Below, in pieces: positions 16,602-21,571 of a DNA stretch of 21,571 bases (position 1 is the stretch's first letter; each line of letters begins with the position of its first letter). Origin of the DNA: Candidatus Omnitrophota bacterium. GTDB lineage: Bacteria > Ratteibacteria > UBA8468 > MWAK01. The notes below the pieces were generated by a model. That model was given only the letters and a program-made list of their open reading frames with translations, ran no database searches and had not been told where the DNA came from. The stretch spans positions 1 through 21,571 of the forward strand of contig JAZDPL010000002.1 of the NCBI GenBank assembly GCA_043797665.1, read 5' to 3'. A program made the position numbers and the translations under genes.

Positions 16602-17204
16602 ATGCTTAAGGTAAGTATGACCCGGATGGAGTTGCTGCGGCTCCGGCGCAGACTCGGCCTTGCCCGGCGCGGACACAAACTCCTCAAGGACAAGCAAGAA
16701 CAACTCCTCACCCAGTTTTACCGTTTAGTAGAAGAAAGCAAGGGTTTTCGCGGGAACTTAGAGAAGTCGTTCCACGAGACAGCCCGGGATTTTCTGACTG
16801 CCCAGTCCGGTTATCTCGGTTCAGAAACATATCAGTTCCTGGTACCGCCGCGCTTTCAGTCAACCTTAGAATTCCATACCAGCCGCCTGCTCAACGTCGC
16901 CGTCCCCAGATTCCATTCTCAGTGGACCGAAACAAAGCCGGTTTTTTCCCGGATGCCCTTAGACCTCCTGGCAATTATCCACAAATACCGGACAACCTAC
17001 GAAGAGATTCTTCGCCTGGCGGAATTGGAAACAATCCTCACCCTCTTTGCGGCTGAGATTGAAAAGACCCGGCGCCGGGTTAACAGTTTGGAGTACATCC
17101 TGATTCCGGAATTGGAACAGACTACCCGTTCCATAGAAATGCGCCTGGAAGAATCGGAACGGGAAAACTTCGTCCGCCTCCGCCACATCAAGCAGCAGGC
17201 CTGA
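16602..17204 (+). CDS. atpD: V/A-type ATPase subunit D
   Basis: TRMELLRLRRRLxxAxRGHKLLKDK, EIEKTRRRVNSLEY, LEESERENFVRL. Confidence 0.95.
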   Translation: MLKVSMTRMELLRLRRRLGLARRGHKLLKDKQEQLLTQFYRLVEESKGFRGNLEKSFHETARDFLTAQSGYLGSETYQFLVPPRFQSTLEFHTSRLLNVAVPRFHSQWTETKPVFSRMPLDLLAIIHKYRTTYEEILRLAELETILTLFAAEIEKTRRRVNSLEYILIPELEQTTRSIEMRLEESERENFVRLRHIKQQA

Positions 17205-17206
17205 GG

Positions 17207-17295
17207 GTAGGGGCTCAATTTATTACGGGTCCCCTTCCCATTGAATTGGGAAGGGTGCCCGAAAAATATGCGGGTCGGATGAATCCGACCCCTAC
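17207..17295. repeat. GTAG-type REP doublet, family B, left unit interrupted by the 30-bp module
   Basis: GTAGGGGCTCAATTTATTA[module]TGCCCG...GCGGGTCGGATGAATCCGACCCCTAC. Confidence 0.85.
17226..17255 (+). repeat. 30-bp nested hairpin module, family D copy 4
   Basis: CGGGT-C-CCCTTCCCA-TTGAAT-TGGGAAGGG; perfect 9-bp stem. Removal restores a 25-nt REP unit. Confidence 0.85.
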
Positions 17296-17307
17296 TTTCC
17301 CATTGTG

Positions 17308-17316
17308 TGGTATAAT
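17308..17316 (+). promoter_or_regulatory. extended -10 element TGGTATAAT upstream of the ferredoxin-por operon
   Basis: Perfect TGn-TATAAT; downstream AAGGAGG at 17372-17378 before ATG 17384. Confidence 0.6.
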
Positions 17317-17383
17317 TAAAAAAGGGGGACTGTTTTGTTTTTTTAGAACGAGTCCCTGAAGTTGTTCAGCAAAGGAGGGCAAG

Positions 17384-17572
17384 ATGAAAGTTAAGGTGGA
17401 TACGGATGTCTGTACCGGTTGCGGACTCTGTGTTGACGGTTGTCCGGATGTTTTTGTTCTGGAAAATGACATTGCCCGGGTAAAGGTCGACCCGGTTCCA
17501 GCCACGGCGGAAGAGTGTACCCGGCAGGCGATTCAGGACTGCCCGGTGACCGCAATCGAAGAGGCGGCATAA
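17384..17572 (+). CDS. small mono-cluster ferredoxin
   Basis: 62 aa, CTGCGLC...CPDVF...C...CP; strong Shine-Dalgarno. Confidence 0.92.
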   Translation: MKVKVDTDVCTGCGLCVDGCPDVFVLENDIARVKVDPVPATAEECTRQAIQDCPVTAIEEAA

Positions 17573-18117
17573 TGAGACTTGCGGAAATGCGGGTTCACGC
17601 TCGGGCCGGTCAGGGTGCCATTACCACCGCGGCGCTTCTGGGAACTGCTCTCTTCTTAGAGGGCAAATACGCTTATGCCTTCCCCAGTTTTGGTGCCGCC
17701 CGGATGGGTGCACCTATGAACGCCTTCGTTCGTATCTCTGAGACACCAATCCGCCTGCGCAGTCAGATTTACAATCCGGATTACGTAATGGTGATTGATG
17801 CCACCCTTACCCGCAGTGTAGATGTTCTGGCCGGAGTAAAAGAAGAAGGTATCGTGGTGGTCAATTCGAAAGAAAAACTCAGCCTTGATTCGAAACAAAA
17901 AGGAGTTGAAATCTTTTATGTGCCGGCAAACGAAATTGCCCTGCGCCATTTGGGCCGGGCTCTGGGTAATACCGCCCTGTTGGGTGCATTTGCCGCGGCT
18001 TCCGGAACGGTAAAATTGGAAAGCCTGAAAGAGGCGATTAAAAAAAGGTTCCCGGAAGGTGTCGCGGAGAAAAATATCGCCTGCCTTTCTGAAGGATGGG
18101 AGGCTGTATGCAAGTGA
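17572..18117 (+). CDS. porC: pyruvate/2-oxoacid:ferredoxin oxidoreductase gamma subunit
   Basis: ATG 17572 overlaps the ferredoxin stop (TAATG); HARAGQGAITTA, AFPSFGAARMGAP, NTALLGAF. Confidence 0.9.
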   Translation: MRLAEMRVHARAGQGAITTAALLGTALFLEGKYAYAFPSFGAARMGAPMNAFVRISETPIRLRSQIYNPDYVMVIDATLTRSVDVLAGVKEEGIVVVNSKEKLSLDSKQKGVEIFYVPANEIALRHLGRALGNTALLGAFAAASGTVKLESLKEAIKKRFPEGVAEKNIACLSEGWEAVCK

Positions 18118-18359
18118 AAATCACCGCCCAACCCGGGAGCGCCCGAAATAACAAAACCGGCTCCTGGCGGGTTGAAAATAAGCCGAAGTTCCTCCAGAAA
18201 AACTGCGTTGCCTGCAAACTCTGTATTTTGGTATGTCCGGAAGGAATCGTCTCCGGCAAGGAAAAGAATTCTTTCCTCACCGATTACCTCTACTGTAAAG
18301 GCTGCGGCTTGTGTGCCGCGGTCTGTCCGAAAAAAGACATTGAAATGATTCCGGAATGA
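18108..18359 (+). CDS. porD: pyruvate/2-oxoacid:ferredoxin oxidoreductase delta subunit
   Basis: PGS..NKTGSWR and two CxxCxxCxxxCP motifs. Confidence 0.92.
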   Translation: MQVKITAQPGSARNNKTGSWRVENKPKFLQKNCVACKLCILVCPEGIVSGKEKNSFLTDYLYCKGCGLCAAVCPKKDIEMIPE

Positions 18360-19522
18360 AAGATTTTATTGTAGGTTCAGAAGCGGTAGCCAGAGCCGCC
18401 GCACTCTGCAAACCAGGGGTTATTTCCGCCTATCCGATTACCCCCCAGACCATCATTGTGGAATCCCTGGCCCAGATGGTTGCTGACGGCCGGCTCAAGA
18501 GTCAGTTTATCAACGTGGAGAGTGAACACTCTGCGGCGTCTGCGGTATTAGGCGCAGTGGCAGCCGGAGAACGGGTCTTTACCGCCAGTTCTTCCCAGGG
18601 ACTCATCCTGATGAGCGAGGTCCTTTTTAACATCGCCGGAATGCGGATGCCGGTGGTCCTGGCTTGCGTCAACCGGGCTATTTCCGCACCCATCAACATC
18701 TGGAATGACCAGCAGGATTCCATGGCGGTAAGGGACAGCGGATGGCTCCAGTTCTATGCGGAAAACAACCAGGAGGCAGTGGACTTAATTATCCAGGCTT
18801 ACCGGATAGGCGAAGACCCTGAGATTTGCTTGCCGGTAATGGTGTGCCTGGACGGCTACATCCTGAGCCACGGCTACGAAACGGTTGACCTTCCGGAAGA
18901 AAAGGCGGTCGCTTCATTTTTACCTCCCTTCGCTCCGGCGGAAAAATTAGACCCGGCTAATCCTAAGAGTTTCGGCCTGCTGGCCGGTCCGGACTATTAT
19001 CTGGAAATCAGGCATGATTTACATCAGGCAAACAAAAAAACTCTTTCCCTCATTCCGGAGGTAGTTTCGGAATTCAAAAAGGTCTTCGGTCGCACCTCAG
19101 GCGGTCTGATAGAAACCTATCAACTGGACGATGCGGAATGTGCCATCGTGGCGGCCGGTTCGGTCTGCGGCACGATTAAGGAAACGATAGATGCACTCAG
19201 AAAAGAAGGAACAAAAGCCGGCTTATTGCGGCTCATCACTTACCGGCCGTTCCCCGGAGAGCAAATCTATGATGCTATGAAAAATGTCCCGGCGATTGCG
19301 GTCCTGGACAAAGCGATTTCCTTAGGAGCGACCGGTCCCGTCTATGCGGACATAAAAACCATTTTCCAGGGAAAAAAGGCGGTTCCTAAAATCAGCGGAT
19401 TCATCGCCGGATTGGGGGGCCGGGACATTACGCCGGATACCGTCCGGGATGTCTTCAGGCGTCTGGCGGGTACGGAGGTAGACGACGGGTTTATCGGTCT
19501 GAAAGGAGTTAGCGATGGCTGA
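18356..19522 (+). CDS. porA: pyruvate/2-oxoacid:ferredoxin oxidoreductase alpha subunit
   Basis: [47 protein letters not shown]. Confidence 0.95.
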   Translation: MKDFIVGSEAVARAAALCKPGVISAYPITPQTIIVESLAQMVADGRLKSQFINVESEHSAASAVLGAVAAGERVFTASSSQGLILMSEVLFNIAGMRMPVVLACVNRAISAPINIWNDQQDSMAVRDSGWLQFYAENNQEAVDLIIQAYRIGEDPEICLPVMVCLDGYILSHGYETVDLPEEKAVASFLPPFAPAEKLDPANPKSFGLLAGPDYYLEIRHDLHQANKKTLSLIPEVVSEFKKVFGRTSGGLIETYQLDDAECAIVAAGSVCGTIKETIDALRKEGTKAGLLRLITYRPFPGEQIYDAMKNVPAIAVLDKAISLGATGPVYADIKTIFQGKKAVPKISGFIAGLGGRDITPDTVRDVFRRLAGTEVDDGFIGLKGVSDG

Positions 19523-20395
19523 ACATCTTCTCTCACCAGGGCATACCGCCTGCGCCGGCTGCGGTCAGTCTATGGCGGCCCGACTGGTCATTGACGCCGC
19601 CGGACCCAACACCATTGTGGTCAACAACACCGGATGTTTAGAGGTCTTTACTTCAGCCTATCCTGATTCAGCCTGGGAAGTCCCGTTTATCCATTCTCTC
19701 TTTGAAAACGCCGCGGCGGTCGCCTCCGGTGTGGAATCCGCCCTGAAACAACAGGGGAGATTAGGAGAAGTCAGGGTCATCGCTCAGGCCGGGGACGGCG
19801 GAACCGCAGATCTCGGTCTTCAGGCTCTTTCCGGGATGTGGGAACGGGTCATGACATCCCTTCTATCTGTTACGACAACGAAGCCTACCTGAACACCGGC
19901 ATCCAGCTCAGCGGCATGACGCCAACCTACACTTCCACCACCACCAGTCCGGCCGGTAAGTCTTCCCTGGGAAACCCCCGGCCCAAGAAAAATATGTTAG
20001 AGATTGCGGTAGCGCACGGTATTCCTTACGCCGCCACCGCCTCGGCCGGTTTCCCGATGGATTTACAAAAGAAGGTAAAAAAGGCAATGGCTATCCGCGG
20101 TCCCAAGTATCTTCACATCCAGGTACCCTGTCCGTTGGGCTGGCGCCACGAATCAAGCCTTACCTACCAGATTGCCCGGTTAGCGGTTGAAACCGGACTC
20201 TTTCCTATGGTAGAATTTGAAAATGGGACCCTTTCCGGTGCCTATACGATTTCGCAGCCAAAACCGGTGGTAGAGTATCTGAAGCCCCAGGGAAGGTTCC
20301 GACACCTCTTCAAGCCCGGTGCGGAAGAAGCCCTGAAAGAGATACAGGAAATTGCCAATAAGAATATTGCACGCTACAATTTAATAAAGATATAA
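19515..20395 (+). pseudogene. porB: pyruvate/2-oxoacid:ferredoxin oxidoreductase beta subunit with a 1-nt frameshift (real lesion or sequencing error)
   Basis: ORF 19515-19892 has [33 protein letters not shown] 19838-20395 has GHD..CYDNEAY.NTGIQ, PCPLGW, QGRF. Adding one G at 19846-19848 gives the continuous WERGHDI. Confidence 0.85.
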
Positions 20396-20400
20396 CCCTA

Positions 20401-20483
20401 TGTCATCCTGAGCGTAGCGAAGGATCTATCTTAGATTCTTCACTCTGTTCAGAATGACAGGAAGCGAAGGATTCAGGATGACA
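20401..20483. repeat. TGTCATCCTGA-type doublet, family C, plus a third partial unit
   Basis: TGTCATCCTGAGCGTAGCGAAGGATCT...AGATTCTTCACTCTGTTCAGAATGACA (20401-20459), then ...TTCAGGATGACA ending at 20483. Confidence 0.85.
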
Positions 20484-20505
20484 CTAAAAAATGGAGGAGG
20501 ACAAG

Positions 20506-20985
20506 ATGGCGATTATGTTGTCAGCGTTTGAGGTAATTAACGTGGCGGTTGAGATTGAAAAGAACGGGTATCGTTTTTACACCGGAGCAGCCAAGACGAC
20601 CAGAAACATTCCGGTTGCTGATACCTTTCGTTTCCTGGCGGACGAAGAAACCAACCACCAGAAGGTCTTTGAAGAACTCTTAAAAACTGCGCCCCATGCA
20701 GCCATCACCGAATCATATCCCGGGGAACTGAACCTTTACCTGAAGGCGCTGGCTGATGCGGTACTGTTTAAACAGGAAGAAGGAATCAAAAAGGTCATCG
20801 CCAAGACCGTTTCCGAGCGGGAAGCACTGGATATGGGAATTCAGGCAGAAAAGGATTCCATTCTCTATTACCAGGAAATTTCAAGGTTTGTCTCCGACAA
20901 GGAAAAGACTCTGGTGGAAAAGATTATTATCGAAGAGAAGAACCACCTGGTTAAATTAAACGGACTCTACGGACCTCTGGTCTGA
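20506..20985 (+). CDS. ferritin-like / rubrerythrin-family di-iron protein
   Basis: GGAGGAGG before ATG 20506; duplicated E(K)xxxxFY/YY...EExxH motifs (IEKNGYRFY..EETNH; AEKDSILYY..EEKNH). Confidence 0.88.
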   Translation: MAIMLSAFEVINVAVEIEKNGYRFYTGAAKTTRNIPVADTFRFLADEETNHQKVFEELLKTAPHAAITESYPGELNLYLKALADAVLFKQEEGIKKVIAKTVSEREALDMGIQAEKDSILYYQEISRFVSDKEKTLVEKIIIEEKNHLVKLNGLYGPLV

Positions 20986-20988
20986 ATC

Positions 20989-21571
20989 TCACTCTGCTCT
21001 TCTTTCTGTGAGCAGTATCTTTTTGTCACACATCCACTTCACCGTCCGTTCGATGCTCTCTTCCAGGGAGATGCTTGCGCGGTAACCCAGATCTCTCTTC
21101 GCCTTGGAAATGTCACAGCACATATGTTCACAGAGAAATTTCAGGCCTCCGACGTCAAGAGCGGACTTTCCGGCAAATTGGCTTATCATCTCCTCCATCG
21201 GTAAATAGGCAACCGGTGGCTTTCGTTTCAGGATTTCACAGATTATACGGAGGTATTCATTCAAGGTCACGCTGTAATCAGAGGAGATATTGTATATCTG
21301 GCCGATGCTTTTTTTATTCTCCAGAGCAAGGGCAAACGCCTCCGCAATATCTTCTACGTAACAGGGCTGTAAAAGTGCCCGGCCATCGTTAGGTACGGTA
21401 ATAGTCTCTTCCTTAATAATCCTCTGCAGGAATCCCGGGTTCCGCGCACCCCAGATATCAATGGGAGGGCTCCCCGGGCCCATAATATTCGTGGGACGAA
21501 TGATTGTGGCGGGGAAACCGTCTCTGTGATAATATTCCAACGCTAATTTATCCGGCTCCACCTTGAACATA
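20989..21571 (-). CDS. NAD-dependent epimerase/dehydratase family protein, C-terminal part (5' end outside the window)
   Basis: IIRPTNIMGPG, NDGxxLxQPCYVEDIAEAF, GQIYNIS, DISKAKRDLGY. Confidence 0.8.
   Translation of the reverse strand, partial: MFKVEPDKLALEYYHRDGFPATIIRPTNIMGPGSPPIDIWGARNPGFLQRIIKEETITVPNDGRALLQPCYVEDIAEAFALALENKKSIGQIYNISSDYSVTLNEYLRIICEILKRKPPVAYLPMEEMISQFAGKSALDVGGLKFLCEHMCCDISKAKRDLGYRASISLEESIERTVKWMCDKKILLTERRAE

Noticed and set aside
8811..17255. 30-bp hairpin modules as CRISPR repeats or integron attC sites
   Set aside because: Dispersed over 8 kb on both strands, with variable stems, no regular spacers, no cas or integrase gene and no RYYYAAC/GTTRRRY ends.
17326..17357. 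GGGACT...AGTCCC hairpin in the ferredoxin leader as a regulatory RNA
   Set aside because: Single copy, short stem and no recognisable motif; not enough support.
3258..20483. Intergenic hairpins as rho-independent terminators
   Set aside because: Most lack a following U-tract, lie inside apparent operons and belong to dispersed repeat families.
103..21392. Numerous antisense or nested short ORFs in the ORF track (e.g. 702-1142, 3338-3871, 13527-14018, 21075-21392)
   Set aside because: They overlap well-supported genes and show no family motifs; treated as shadow ORFs.

Overview
Gene-dense bacterial chromosome segment, probably from an anaerobic diderm (lipid A genes, ferredoxin-linked oxidoreductases). 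Gene order: 5'-truncated PHP/EndoQ-like gene, lpxK, atypical stand-alone hisA, ispF, gltX, convergent ArsB/NhaD-type transporter, LpxL-family acyltransferase, 2-oxoacid:ferredoxin oxidoreductase alpha and beta (split by repeats and a hypothetical gene), V/A-type ATPase operon K-E-C-F-A-B-D (no I subunit in the window; Na+-type K subunit), ferredoxin-porC-porD-porA-porB (porB frameshifted), a ferritin/rubrerythrin-like gene and a truncated NAD-dependent epimerase. The most unusual content is non-coding: most larger intergenic gaps hold palindromic repeats of several families (275/305-bp TIR element, GTAG-type REPs, two TGTCA-type REP doublet families, an IS200/IS605-end-like hairpin pair). A 30-bp covarying hairpin module (CGGGTN-CCCTTNNNN-TWGRAT-NNNNAAGGG) occurs four times, each time nested in a different host repeat family. 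No transposase, rRNA, tRNA or CRISPR array was recognised. All alignments were done by eye; no database searches were run.
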